DNA of 32,000 bases from Synechococcus elongatus PCC 6301 (GCF_000010065.1 NC_006576.1:1200001-1232000); one strand, 5' to 3'; shown: positions 8,931 through 17,229, numbered from the stretch's first letter. A program made the numbers and translations. Notes: generated by a model from the letters alone, not told the origin.

Positions 8931-9332
8931 GTGATGAGCCCTTTAATTGCTGTGATTTCTGCCCTAGCGCTGATTCTCTATCAGGTCTTAGCGTTCAACG
9001 TCGGACGCGCTCGGGCGCGCTACCAAGTGAAACCACCGCAGGTCAGTGGGCCACCCGAGTTTGAGCGGGTGTACCGCGTTCAGCAAAACACGCTAGAGCA
9101 ACTGGTCTTTTTCCTGCCCAGCCTCTGGTTGTTTGCAGGCTTCGTCAATGAAACGGCTGCCGCAAGCTTGGGCGGCATCTGGATCTTCGGCCGCATCCTC
9201 TATGCCTGGGGCTATTATCAAGCCCCCGAGAAACGAGGGCCTGGGTTTGGCATCAGTTTCTTATCCTCTGCTGTGCTTGCGATCGGCGCTTTGATTGGCG
9301 GCTTGCTCGCCTTGTTGCAACCTGCCACCTAA
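8931..9332 (+). CDS. MAPEG-family membrane protein (microsomal glutathione S-transferase-like)
   Basis: 133 aa with 3-4 TM helices. RVQQNTLEQLVFFLPSLW and GRILYAWGYYQ resemble MAPEG motifs. The start is GTG 8931 or ATG 8934. Confidence 0.7.
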   Translation: MMSPLIAVISALALILYQVLAFNVGRARARYQVKPPQVSGPPEFERVYRVQQNTLEQLVFFLPSLWLFAGFVNETAAASLGGIWIFGRILYAWGYYQAPEKRGPGFGISFLSSAVLAIGALIGGLLALLQPAT

Positions 9333-9363
9333 CCTTTTCACCCCTAGCACTGGAGCCAAGAGG

Positions 9364-10929
9364 ATGGACGCCGTGCGGCAGTCGTTTCAGCAACTGCAAA
9401 ATGAGCTGCGCCGCGATTGGTGTGGGATTGAAGCAGGAGGACTAGCCAGCGACTACGACATTTTGGTCGTCCCCTCCCTCAGCCTGGATGCCCATGAGCT
9501 GCAGAAAATTTCCGGCGTCCTGTTCTACGAAGAGCGTCTCCTCTTTTCCCTGATTCGGCTACGTGATCCGCGCACCCGCGTCATCTATGTCACCTCGGAA
9601 CCGTTACCACCGTTAGTGATTGACTACTACCTACAACTGCTGCCAGGGATTCCCTTTTCCCACGCTCGCGATCGCCTGCTCCTACTCTCGACTTGCGATT
9701 CCTCGCTCAAACCGCTAACCCAGAAAATTCTGGAACGCCCTCGCCTGCTAGAGCGGATTCGCCGTGCTTTGCGCCCCGGCAGTTCCTTTATGACTTGCTT
9801 CAACAGCAGTCCACTAGAGCGGGAATTATCCGTGGCTCTCCGGGTCCCCCTGTTTGCCGCTGATCCAGATTTATTGGAATGGGGCACCAAAGCCGGTAGC
9901 CGATCGCTCTTTGCAGAATGTGGGCTGCCCCATCCGGCGGGCAGTCCGCTGATGGATAGTGTGGAAGACTTGGCAGCAGCAGCAGCTGAACTCTGGCAAG
10001 ACCAGCCCCAAGCTCAGCGCTTTGTGATCAAGCTCAATCAAGGCTTTTCCGGGGAAGGGAATGCGCTGCTGGATTTACGCCCGATCGCGCAACAATCACC
10101 CGATCGCGTAGGACTGACCGCTGCCAGTCAGGCGATCGCTCAGCAATTTCCGGTGATGCGTTTTCAAGCGGCTCATGAAACTTGGCAGAACTTCCAAGGA
10201 CGGATCACTGATTTGGGCGCGATCGCCGAATTATTCATTGAGGGCGAAGTGAAGCGATCGCCCAGCGTCCAAGGCTGCATTCATCCGAGTGGACAAGTAG
10301 AAATCCTCTCGACCCACGATCAGATTTTGGGAGGACCGGATGGACAAATTTATTTGGGCTGCCGCTTCCCAGCCGATCCGGCCTATCGCCTGCAACTGCA
10401 AAAGTGGGGCGAGCAGATCGGTGAAGCCCTCGCTCAACGCGGGGCCTTGGAGCGATTTGGTGTCGATTTTGTTGCTGTGAATCAAGGCGGCGATCACTGG
10501 GAGCTACAGGCGATCGAGATCAACCTGCGCAAGGGCGGCACGACCCATCCCTTTATGACGCTCAAGTATTTAACCAACGGCTACTACGATCCTCAATCCG
10601 GCCAGTTTTGTAGCGAACTCGGCCAGCCAAAATACTATGTTGCCACTGACAATTTGCAATCGCCGCGCTATCGCGGCGTCTTGCCTCAAGACCTGATGGA
10701 CATCATTGCCGCCAACCAACTCCACTTCGATAGCAGCACCAAAACCGGCACCGTGTTTCACCTCATGGGTTGTCTGTCGCAGTACGGCAAGCTGGGGCTC
10801 ACGAGCATTGGCAATAGTCCCGAGCAGGCACAAGCGCTCTATGACGAAGTGGTTTCAGTGCTCGATCGTGAAACCGATCCGGCCACCAGCCCTGCAGGTT
10901 CGGCGCTGCCGGTGAGTTGGGCCGTCTAA
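9364..10929 (+). CDS. ATP-grasp-fold protein, possibly a PGM1-type peptide/carboxylate-amine ligase
   Basis: Track ORF 9295-10929; I prefer the ATG at 9364 (MDAVRQSF), which avoids overlap with the MAPEG gene. ATP-grasp-like elements are [27 protein letters not shown] and [17 protein letters not shown] (an E-x-N metal/ATP motif). Confidence 0.65.
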   Translation: MDAVRQSFQQLQNELRRDWCGIEAGGLASDYDILVVPSLSLDAHELQKISGVLFYEERLLFSLIRLRDPRTRVIYVTSEPLPPLVIDYYLQLLPGIPFSHARDRLLLLSTCDSSLKPLTQKILERPRLLERIRRALRPGSSFMTCFNSSPLERELSVALRVPLFAADPDLLEWGTKAGSRSLFAECGLPHPAGSPLMDSVEDLAAAAAELWQDQPQAQRFVIKLNQGFSGEGNALLDLRPIAQQSPDRVGLTAASQAIAQQFPVMRFQAAHETWQNFQGRITDLGAIAELFIEGEVKRSPSVQGCIHPSGQVEILSTHDQILGGPDGQIYLGCRFPADPAYRLQLQKWGEQIGEALAQRGALERFGVDFVAVNQGGDHWELQAIEINLRKGGTTHPFMTLKYLTNGYYDPQSGQFCSELGQPKYYVATDNLQSPRYRGVLPQDLMDIIAANQLHFDSSTKTGTVFHLMGCLSQYGKLGLTSIGNSPEQAQALYDEVVSVLDRETDPATSPAGSALPVSWAV

Positions 10930-10976
10930 GGCGATCGGGGCGCGAGTATGATCCTAAGGTCGCGATCGCGAGCACG

Positions 10977-11939
10977 ATGGAAGCTATCCGCCACGACTGG
11001 ACTCTCGAAGAAATCGAAGATCTCCTCAACACGCCGCTCCTCGAGTTAGTTCATCGCGCGCAGACGGTTCACCGCGACTATCAACCGGCTAACGCCATCC
11101 AACTGGCGACCTTGCTCAGCGTCAAGACCGGCGGTTGCAGCGAAAACTGCGCCTACTGCCCTCAGTCGGCTCACTACAACACTGAGGTCGATCCTCAGTC
11201 CACCCTGCCAATCGAAACGGTTTTAGAACAGGCAGAACGGGCCAAGGCCGCTGGTGCCAGTCGTTTTTGCATGGGCTGGGCTTGGCGGGAAATCCGGGAT
11301 GGGGCGCAGTTCGACGCCATGCTGGAAATGGTGCAAGGCGTCCGCCAATTAGGACTCGAAGCTTGCGTCACCGCTGGTATGCTCAGCGATCGCCAAGCGG
11401 AACGGCTGGCTGAGGCTGGTTTGACGGCCTATAACCACAACCTCGACACCAGCCCCGAGTTCTACGGCGAGATTATTTCGACGCGCACCTATGCCGATCG
11501 CCTTGCCACGCTGGAACGGGTGCGGCAGGCCGGCATTAGTGTTTGCTGCGGCGGCATCATTGGCATGGGAGAAGGGCAGCGCGATCGCGCCGGATTGCTG
11601 CAGGTACTCGCAACCCTCAATCCTCATCCCGAAAGTGTGCCAATCAATGCCCTAGTGCCAGTTGAAGGAACGCCTTTAGGCGATCGCGATCGCCTCGATC
11701 CGTTGGATTTGGTGCGGATGTGCGCCGTCGCTCGGATTTTGATGCCCAAAGCGCGGGTTCGCCTCAGTGCGGGTCGCACCGCCCTCAGCCGCGAAGCCCA
11801 AGTCCTTTGCTTCCTGGCAGGGGCTAACTCGATCTTCTACGGCGATACCTTGCTGACCACAGCGAATCCTGTCTGTGAGGCCGATCGCCAACTGCTCGCC
11901 GACATCGGTGCCGAAGCGCTTGAAGTGGTGACGGCTTAG
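10977..11939 (+). CDS. bioB: Biotin synthase (radical SAM)
   Basis: Radical-SAM [10 protein letters not shown] motif, and an N-terminus [33 protein letters not shown] colinear with known BioB. I prefer the ATG at 10977 over the track start at 10917, which overlaps the upstream gene. Confidence 0.93.
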   Translation: MEAIRHDWTLEEIEDLLNTPLLELVHRAQTVHRDYQPANAIQLATLLSVKTGGCSENCAYCPQSAHYNTEVDPQSTLPIETVLEQAERAKAAGASRFCMGWAWREIRDGAQFDAMLEMVQGVRQLGLEACVTAGMLSDRQAERLAEAGLTAYNHNLDTSPEFYGEIISTRTYADRLATLERVRQAGISVCCGGIIGMGEGQRDRAGLLQVLATLNPHPESVPINALVPVEGTPLGDRDRLDPLDLVRMCAVARILMPKARVRLSAGRTALSREAQVLCFLAGANSIFYGDTLLTTANPVCEADRQLLADIGAEALEVVTA

Positions 11940-11982
11940 CTTTAACAAGTCATCACTCCCTCAAGACCAAACACCGATACAG

Positions 11983-12008
11983 AAAAAAGGGGTAGGTTGT
12001 CCTACCCC
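11983..12008 (-). terminator. Rho-independent terminator of the AAA/DUF1257 operon, possibly weakly bidirectional for bioB
   Basis: AAAAAA(11983-11988) GGGGTAGG(11989-11996) ttgt CCTACCCC(12001-12008). On the minus strand the 8-bp GC stem is followed by TTTTTT. Confidence 0.75.
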
Positions 12009-12035
12009 TTCCATCGTGGAACGCCAAGGGAAGAG

Positions 12036-12386
12036 CTATTGCAACACCAGTTTGACGTTGGCATTGCTTAGGCCAGGCCGTTTGACCTCGGCCAGGGTTT
12101 TATTGACGGCGTATTTTTGGTTAATGGCATTGATCAGTTCGGTCTGATTATGCTTTTTGGCGACGCCCCAGAGGTCAGCGATCAGATCAAAAGAGCCATC
12201 GCTATTGCGCGACCAGCCCAGATCGTAGTCGCCTTCCAGAGTGGCAACCAAGTCAGCCCGCACGCGCTGGCCGTTGTAGCCTCGCACGTCGGCATTTTCT
12301 TGCACCGCAATTCCGAGATCGCGCAGCGACTGCTTCAGGATCACAGCATCACTAATCTTGGTGCGAAGGGTACTGAAGTGAGACAT
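12036..12386 (-). CDS. DUF1257 (Ycf35-like) protein
   Basis: 116 aa. MSHFSTLRTKISDAVILKQSLRDLGI...DLGWSRNSDGSFDLIADLWGVAKKHNQTELINAINQKYAVNK matches my memory of the DUF1257/Ycf35 family. Confidence 0.72.
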   Translation of the reverse strand: MSHFSTLRTKISDAVILKQSLRDLGIAVQENADVRGYNGQRVRADLVATLEGDYDLGWSRNSDGSFDLIADLWGVAKKHNQTELINAINQKYAVNKTLAEVKRPGLSNANVKLVLQ

Positions 12387-12520
12387 CGGAGAGACTCCTG
12401 TATCAATGGTGGAGAGAGGGAGAGTCCCGGGTTGCCCAAAGGCAAACCAGACGGGTGAGAAACTGCTGGTCTGTTGGGATCAAACCAGCCTTCCCCCTGT
12501 TGGGATCAGGGGAGAAGCCT

Positions 12521-14029
12521 TTAGAACTCCAGTCGCTGATATTCAGCGACGGAGGCCGCAGCGGGTCGAGCTCGCTGTCGAGCCCAGTCCCGCAGCGCTG
12601 CCACTTGTTCATTCATGGTTTTGGAGAGGGGCAGCGTGGACTTGATTGCGGCAATGATGTCGAGCTGCGTAAATTCGCGCTCTTGGGCAAAAGCCTCATA
12701 CATCGCTGCAATCAAAGCTTGTTCAATCTCGGCACCTGAAAAGCCATCCGAGACTTTGGCCAGTTGTTCAAGGTCAAAGCGATCGAGAGGACGCTTGCGC
12801 TTGGCCAAGTGAATGCGAAAGATTTCCGCTCGTTCTTCCGGCGTTGGGAGATCGACGAAAAAGATCTCGTCGAAGCGACCTTTGCGCAGAAATTCGCCGG
12901 GCAACCGTTCGACGCGGTTTGCCGTCGCCATCACAAACACCGGCGATCGCTTTTCCTGCATCCAAGTCAGGAAGGAACCGAAGATGCGACTGGAGGTACC
13001 GCCATCTGAATCTGCAGAACCCGCTGAACCAGCGAAGGCTTTATCCAGCTCATCGATGAACAGAATTGCCGGCGCGATCGATTCCGCCGTTTTCAAAGCA
13101 TTGCGTAAGTTCGCTTCCGATCGCCCCACAGTCGAGCCGTCATAGACCCGACCAATATCCAGCCTCAGCAGCGGTAGTCCCCACAATCGCGAGGTTGTTT
13201 TCGCAATTAGCGACTTTCCACAGCCCGGCACCCCGAGGATCAACATGCCTTTGGGTTGGGGCAAACCGTAACTGCGTGCTTTCTCAGAAAAGGCGCCCGA
13301 TCGCTGCCGCAGCCAGTGCTTCAGTTCTTCTAGACCACCAACCGCATCGAGGGTTTCATCTTCTTCGATGAACTCTAGAATGCCGTTGCGGCGAATCAGC
13401 TGCTGTTTTTCCGAGAGGATGACATCAACTTCGGCTTCAGTCAGCCGCCCCGTCGTCACTTGCGCCTTGCGGTAAACCTTTTCGGCTTCGTCACGAGTCA
13501 ATCCCAAGGTTGCTTTCAGCAGTTTTTCACGACCCGATTCAGAAGGACGGGGCAGCGATCGCCGGTCGAGTTCGCGATCGAGCACGGATCCCAATTCCGC
13601 CAGATCCGGCAGCGGGAAATCGAGGACAACCACATCCTTCTCCAGCTCCACCGGCACCGTTTGCACCGGTGACATTAGGATGATTGTCTTCTCAGCAGAT
13701 TTAAATTGGGCGATCGCATCCCGCAGCCATCGCGTAACAGCTGGAGACTCAATAAAGGGATGCAGGTCTTTGAAAACATAGATACCTGGCCCCTTATGAC
13801 GCACCACCCACTCGATTGCAGCTTCAGGTGAGACGGTGCTGTGGTGAGCGACTTGCCGGGGCTGGCCGTATTCGATAACGCCGTGGGTCACCGTCCAGAG
13901 GAACAACTGCCGCGACCCACAAGTCTGAGCCAGCGTTGCCAGGGAGCGCTCGCTGCGTTCTTCTTCCGAAGTGATGAGATAAATCAGCGGGTACTGCGCT
14001 TGTAGCAGAATGCCCAATTCTTCGCGCAT
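12521..14029 (-). CDS. AAA+ ATPase, Ycf46-like (one classical AAA module after a ~240-aa N-domain)
   Basis: Walker A GVPGCGKSLIAKT, Walker B ILFIDELDKAF, second region of homology ATANRVERLPGEFLRKGRFDEIFFVDLP, and lid helix GFSGAEIEQAL. The N-terminus YPLIYLITSEEERSERSL is typical of cyanobacterial/plastid Ycf46. Confidence 0.9.
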   Translation of the reverse strand: MREELGILLQAQYPLIYLITSEEERSERSLATLAQTCGSRQLFLWTVTHGVIEYGQPRQVAHHSTVSPEAAIEWVVRHKGPGIYVFKDLHPFIESPAVTRWLRDAIAQFKSAEKTIILMSPVQTVPVELEKDVVVLDFPLPDLAELGSVLDRELDRRSLPRPSESGREKLLKATLGLTRDEAEKVYRKAQVTTGRLTEAEVDVILSEKQQLIRRNGILEFIEEDETLDAVGGLEELKHWLRQRSGAFSEKARSYGLPQPKGMLILGVPGCGKSLIAKTTSRLWGLPLLRLDIGRVYDGSTVGRSEANLRNALKTAESIAPAILFIDELDKAFAGSAGSADSDGGTSSRIFGSFLTWMQEKRSPVFVMATANRVERLPGEFLRKGRFDEIFFVDLPTPEERAEIFRIHLAKRKRPLDRFDLEQLAKVSDGFSGAEIEQALIAAMYEAFAQEREFTQLDIIAAIKSTLPLSKTMNEQVAALRDWARQRARPAAASVAEYQRLEF

Positions 14030-14107
14030 GGTGAGTTAAGACCTCGCAAAGCGACGGACAGATACCCAACAGGCTCTTGGCTTGGCCGGGAAAGCACCGG
14101 TCCCTAC

Positions 14108-14449
14108 TTAGCAGGGAACCAGCTCTTCGTCCGAAGTGGTGGCTGTTGTAGGTGTGGGCTCAACCGTGAGGTTGGCATCATCTTGCAAAACATTGGGCTG
14201 ATGCCGCAGAGAGGCTAGCTCTCCGTGCTTCAGCACGACCGGCGATGTGCAATCTGGACAGTGATAAACCCGGAAGGTGCTGCCGTGAGCGTTGGCGGCT
14301 TCTTCTACGACCTCGGAATGCTCCAGATAAAACTGAAGGGCTTTCTCAGCGATCGCAGACATCGGCTCGAGATCCACGGCTGCCCGAATTTTGAGCTGCC
14401 GATGCAGATCAGGGGGCAAATAGAACGTAACTTTTGGCTTGTCTTGCAT
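14108..14449 (-). CDS. Ribbon-helix-helix-like small protein with a CPDC motif; first gene of the AAA operon
   Basis: Track ORF 14108-14491. I prefer the ATG at 14449 (MQDKPKVTFYL), because the upstream ATG sits inside the predicted -10 hexamer. KVTFYLPPDLHRQLKIRAAVDLEPMSAIAEKALQFYLEH has a beta-alpha-alpha RHH pattern, followed by YHCPDC and an acidic tail. Confidence 0.6.
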   Translation of the reverse strand: MQDKPKVTFYLPPDLHRQLKIRAAVDLEPMSAIAEKALQFYLEHSEVVEEAANAHGSTFRVYHCPDCTSPVVLKHGELASLRHQPNVLQDDANLTVEPTPTTATTSDEELVPC

Positions 14450-14486
14450 GGAATCCGAGTGTTCTCTATACCCGGGTATGCATCGT

Positions 14487-14516
14487 ACCATAGACGCTTT
14501 AACTGAAAAGCGTCAA
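14487..14516 (-). promoter_or_regulatory. Candidate sigma70-type promoter with an embedded palindromic operator for the RHH-AAA-DUF1257 operon
   Basis: On the minus strand: TTGACG (14516-14511), an 18-nt spacer, then TATGGT (14492-14487). The spacer is the perfect inverted repeat GACGCTTT-N6-AAAGCGTC (14493-14514). Confidence 0.4.
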
Positions 14517-14734
14517 GGCAGTTTAGCAGCATGCCAGCAAATAATTTACATTTAGAAATATTTTGACAATCTAAACTTGTTGTTTTCAATGCTCCAAAAA
14601 CGGCAAAGGTTGCTGCGATCGCAGTAGTTGATAACAGCGATCAAACAGGGGCCTGCCTATGAAGACTGTTTGCAAGAGTTTTCGGCTGATCCCCGCTGCG
14701 TGCTAGGTTGCGAGCAGAGCGGAGGGTAGCGCAG

Positions 14735-15712
14735 ATGGCCACCAAGACGACCGCACCAACGGGTGCCAGTTTGTCCTGGCAGGTGACAGCCCCACCTGCT
14801 GTTGATTTAGTCGTATCCCTGCCCCAGCCCTCGCTTGACTGTTTGTCGGGCACAGTCACCCTCGCGATTCGGGGTGGACGACTTCCACAAGTGCAGCCGA
14901 AATCACTCGCACTACTCGTAGATGGCCCGCACGATCTGAAGTGGGAGCAAACGCCTACAGGTTGGGTGGGTTGGCGAGAACGACCGGGTCTTACTCAGTT
15001 GCGCTGGCGGCTACCGGCTCACACTCAGCCCTATCCGGTCAACTGGGTCGTCACCTTAGCGGACTTAGTGCTTGTTCAAACTTGGGGACTGTGGAACCAC
15101 GATCTCTCGCCCAATGCCCAGGTTTTGGCGGAGCGCTTGATTCTTAAACATTGGCTGCGATCGCTTCCATCCACGCCAGACGGGGCCATTTTGGCTTCAA
15201 CCACAGAACCCACGGAGCGAACACTGGATTGGGATCAGTCTTTAGCCGCACTCTTGCCAACGGTTTTGGCAGGCTATGACGGCTGGCAGTCTTTGGGCCT
15301 TGATCCTCAACAGGATTTCGTGGGCGCGAATCTCACCAGTGTGGATTGGCGCGGCAGTGATTGGAGTGGTTGTGACCTACGACGCACCAACTGGCGCGGG
15401 GCCAACCTGAATGATGTTGATTTCTCCGGGGCAGATCTACGCCATAGCCGTTGGGCTGGAGCCGATCTTTCGGGAGCATTGCTCAGTGATGCGCGCTTAC
15501 GTGGGGCAGATTTCCGGCGGGCAAGCCTCGCGCTGGTCAATCTGGCAGGAGCGGATCTCTCCCAAGCGGATCTGCGGGAAGCCAATCTGAGCCGTGCTAA
15601 TTTCACCGGCGCGAATGTAGTGGGGGCTCGTTTTGGCGGCAATGTCGGCTTGGATGAAGCACAGATTATGACTCTGCGCGATCGCGGGGCGCTATTCGTC
15701 GTTGAGAGCTGA
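14735..15712 (+). CDS. Pentapeptide-repeat protein with an N-terminal domain of unknown function
   Basis: The C-terminal ~130 aa is uninterrupted A(D/N)LXX repeats (ANLTSVDWRGSDWSGCDLRRTNWRGANLNDVDFSGADLRHSRWAGADLSGALLSDARLRGADF...). I prefer the ATG at 14735, preceded by GGAGGG (14721-14726), over the GTG at 14708. Confidence 0.85.
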   Translation: MATKTTAPTGASLSWQVTAPPAVDLVVSLPQPSLDCLSGTVTLAIRGGRLPQVQPKSLALLVDGPHDLKWEQTPTGWVGWRERPGLTQLRWRLPAHTQPYPVNWVVTLADLVLVQTWGLWNHDLSPNAQVLAERLILKHWLRSLPSTPDGAILASTTEPTERTLDWDQSLAALLPTVLAGYDGWQSLGLDPQQDFVGANLTSVDWRGSDWSGCDLRRTNWRGANLNDVDFSGADLRHSRWAGADLSGALLSDARLRGADFRRASLALVNLAGADLSQADLREANLSRANFTGANVVGARFGGNVGLDEAQIMTLRDRGALFVVES

Positions 15713-16864
15713 AGGCGAACGCTGATCCTGGGGTTGGAACTGGCGATCGCTGGGTAGGCTAGCAACCGGCTCGGTCAGAAGGAATTCACCGGCTTCAATC
15801 CACTGCTTGAGCAGTTCGGCAACCTGCTGCGATCGATAGAGGCTGGCGAGTGGTGCTGTTCGAATCCGTTGGCCTTCCAGCATGATGCTGCCGGACTTGA
15901 GCTTGGCGTAACTGACCAGACCAAAGGTGGGACGGACGCGGCGCGGGATCGAGAAATCGACGACCGGGGCCACGATTTGATCATCCGTGACGGCACAGGC
16001 CGCAACGACAGCTTCTGTAGTCACCGCCAAGGGGATGCCAACACCCAACATCAAGGACGCGCCGTAGTTCTGGAAATAGCAGCCCCGCACCCAATCCGGC
16101 AACATCTGCTTAGCGTCACCGATCAACGCCAAGGTCGCCGCTGGACCCACCGGAGTGCGATTGGGTAAACGCTTTTGCAGCGGGAAATGCTGCGTGCCTT
16201 CCCAAGCGATGTAGCCAACACCGCCGCCCAGAAAAATGCGGGTACCGATGCCAATGCTGACCAGATCTGGATCATTGAACAGTGGAGCGATCGCTCCCGG
16301 ATTGGCATAGACAGCGTTGCCCAGATTCGGCAGCAGCGGCTCGAGGTAGGTGTAGAGCGTCTCGTCGCCACCATTCACGCCAACGATGAAGTTTTGATAG
16401 AGATTGGGGGGATTGAAGAGATAGAACTGGTTGATGCTGTCGCGATCGATCGTGGTTTCAAAGCTGCGGCGCGGATAGCAATCTGTTCCTTGCCCGATCG
16501 CCCGCAATCGCACTTTCTGACCCGCGATCAGATCGGCAATCACCTGCCCGCCGCCATACTCTGCTTCCGGATCCTCACTTTCTTCACTGGCACCCAAAAG
16601 TAAATCTGCTGCGCCAAAGCCTGAGTAGGCGCGCACATCATTCAACCAGCATTGGCGAATTTTGATCGGCGGATCGGTTTGACCGAGATTAAGGATCGCC
16701 CCCGAGGCTTCCATCGGCTCAAAGGTGCCGGTGGTAATCACATCAACTTGCTGGGCGATCGCAGCGATCCCTAACTCCGGTGCACGGGCTTTAACCTCCG
16801 TAGCTGTCCAAACAACGGCGCGACCGGCCTGGATTTTTTCATTGATTTCTGCAATCGTGCGCAT
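15692..16864 (-). CDS. DUF39 / HcyBio-like protein (methanogen-type homocysteine biosynthesis family)
   Basis: RTIAEINEKIQAGRAVVWTA...VDVITTGTFEPMEASGAILNLGQTDPPIKI...WLNDV.AY...GTDCYPRR...IGIGTRIFLGGGVGYIAWEGTQH is colinear with my memory of archaeal DUF39 proteins. I prefer the ATG at 16864. The 3' end overlaps the convergent pentapeptide gene by 21 nt. Confidence 0.78.
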   Translation of the reverse strand: MRTIAEINEKIQAGRAVVWTATEVKARAPELGIAAIAQQVDVITTGTFEPMEASGAILNLGQTDPPIKIRQCWLNDVRAYSGFGAADLLLGASEESEDPEAEYGGGQVIADLIAGQKVRLRAIGQGTDCYPRRSFETTIDRDSINQFYLFNPPNLYQNFIVGVNGGDETLYTYLEPLLPNLGNAVYANPGAIAPLFNDPDLVSIGIGTRIFLGGGVGYIAWEGTQHFPLQKRLPNRTPVGPAATLALIGDAKQMLPDWVRGCYFQNYGASLMLGVGIPLAVTTEAVVAACAVTDDQIVAPVVDFSIPRRVRPTFGLVSYAKLKSGSIMLEGQRIRTAPLASLYRSQQVAELLKQWIEAGEFLLTEPVASLPSDRQFQPQDQRSPSALNDE

Positions 16865-16905
16865 TTGGCAATCTGCCCAGGCGATCGCCACAGGTCGTTT
16901 GTCAA

Positions 16906-17229
16906 TGGGGGCGGAGGGACTCGAACCCTCACGACCTTTACAGTCAGCGGATTTTCATTCTCTCTGCAACTTTCGCTGCCATCAACAATCGCGATGTTGA
17001 GAATTGGACTATCCCTTTACCCTCGGCTGAATCCGTTAGGGTAGCTCCCGTCTAGTCTCTGCACCTTCTAAAGCTGTTAGTTGTTTAGCTTTAGCTTGGC
17101 TCAGGATTGCCATGACTTTAATGTTTAAAGTTTTAGGTTTCCCTGAGTTTGAGAGCTGCCACTCGATCCCTTTCGCGATCGAGGCCCAGTTTTCTAAGTC
17201 CGCTGCGTCTACCGTTCCGCCACGCCCCC
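16906..17229 (-). tRNA. trnL-UAA: tRNA-Leu(UAA) gene interrupted in the anticodon loop by a group I intron; no encoded CCA
   Basis: The 5' exon (17229-17196) is GGGGGCG-TG-GCGGAACGGTAGACGC-A-GCGGA-CTT. The 3' exon (16955-16906) is AAAA-TCCGC-TGACTGTAAAGGTCGT-GAGGG-TTCGAGT-CCCTC-CGCCCCC-A. Joined, they give an 84-nt class II cloverleaf with a 7-bp acceptor stem, the anticodon loop C-U-UAA-A-A, a long variable arm and a T-loop TTCGAGT. Confidence 0.93.
16956..17195 (-). ncRNA. Self-splicing group I intron (tRNA-Leu UAA intron family, 240 nt, no ORF)
   Basis: Inserted between U34 and A35, with the exon ending in U and the intron ending in G (..AGAGAGAATG). The core strings GTGGCAGCTCTCAAACTCAGGGAAACCTAAA, GGCAATCCTGAGCCAAGC, GGTGCAGAGACTAGACGGGAGCTACCCTAACG (plus-strand 17034-17065) and GGCAGCGAAAGTTGCAGAGAGAATG closely match my memory of the Anabaena pre-tRNA-Leu ribozyme. 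Confidence 0.9.

Noticed and set aside
12406-13672. Multiple + strand ORFs (65-110 aa) across the AAA ATPase gene.
   Set aside because: They are shadow ORFs antisense to a gene with complete Walker A/B and SRH motifs.
15307-15765. A 152-aa minus-strand ORF rich in Arg/Ser/Ala.
   Set aside because: It is antisense to the pentapeptide-repeat array. Its periodic low-complexity sequence is the mirror of that repeat.
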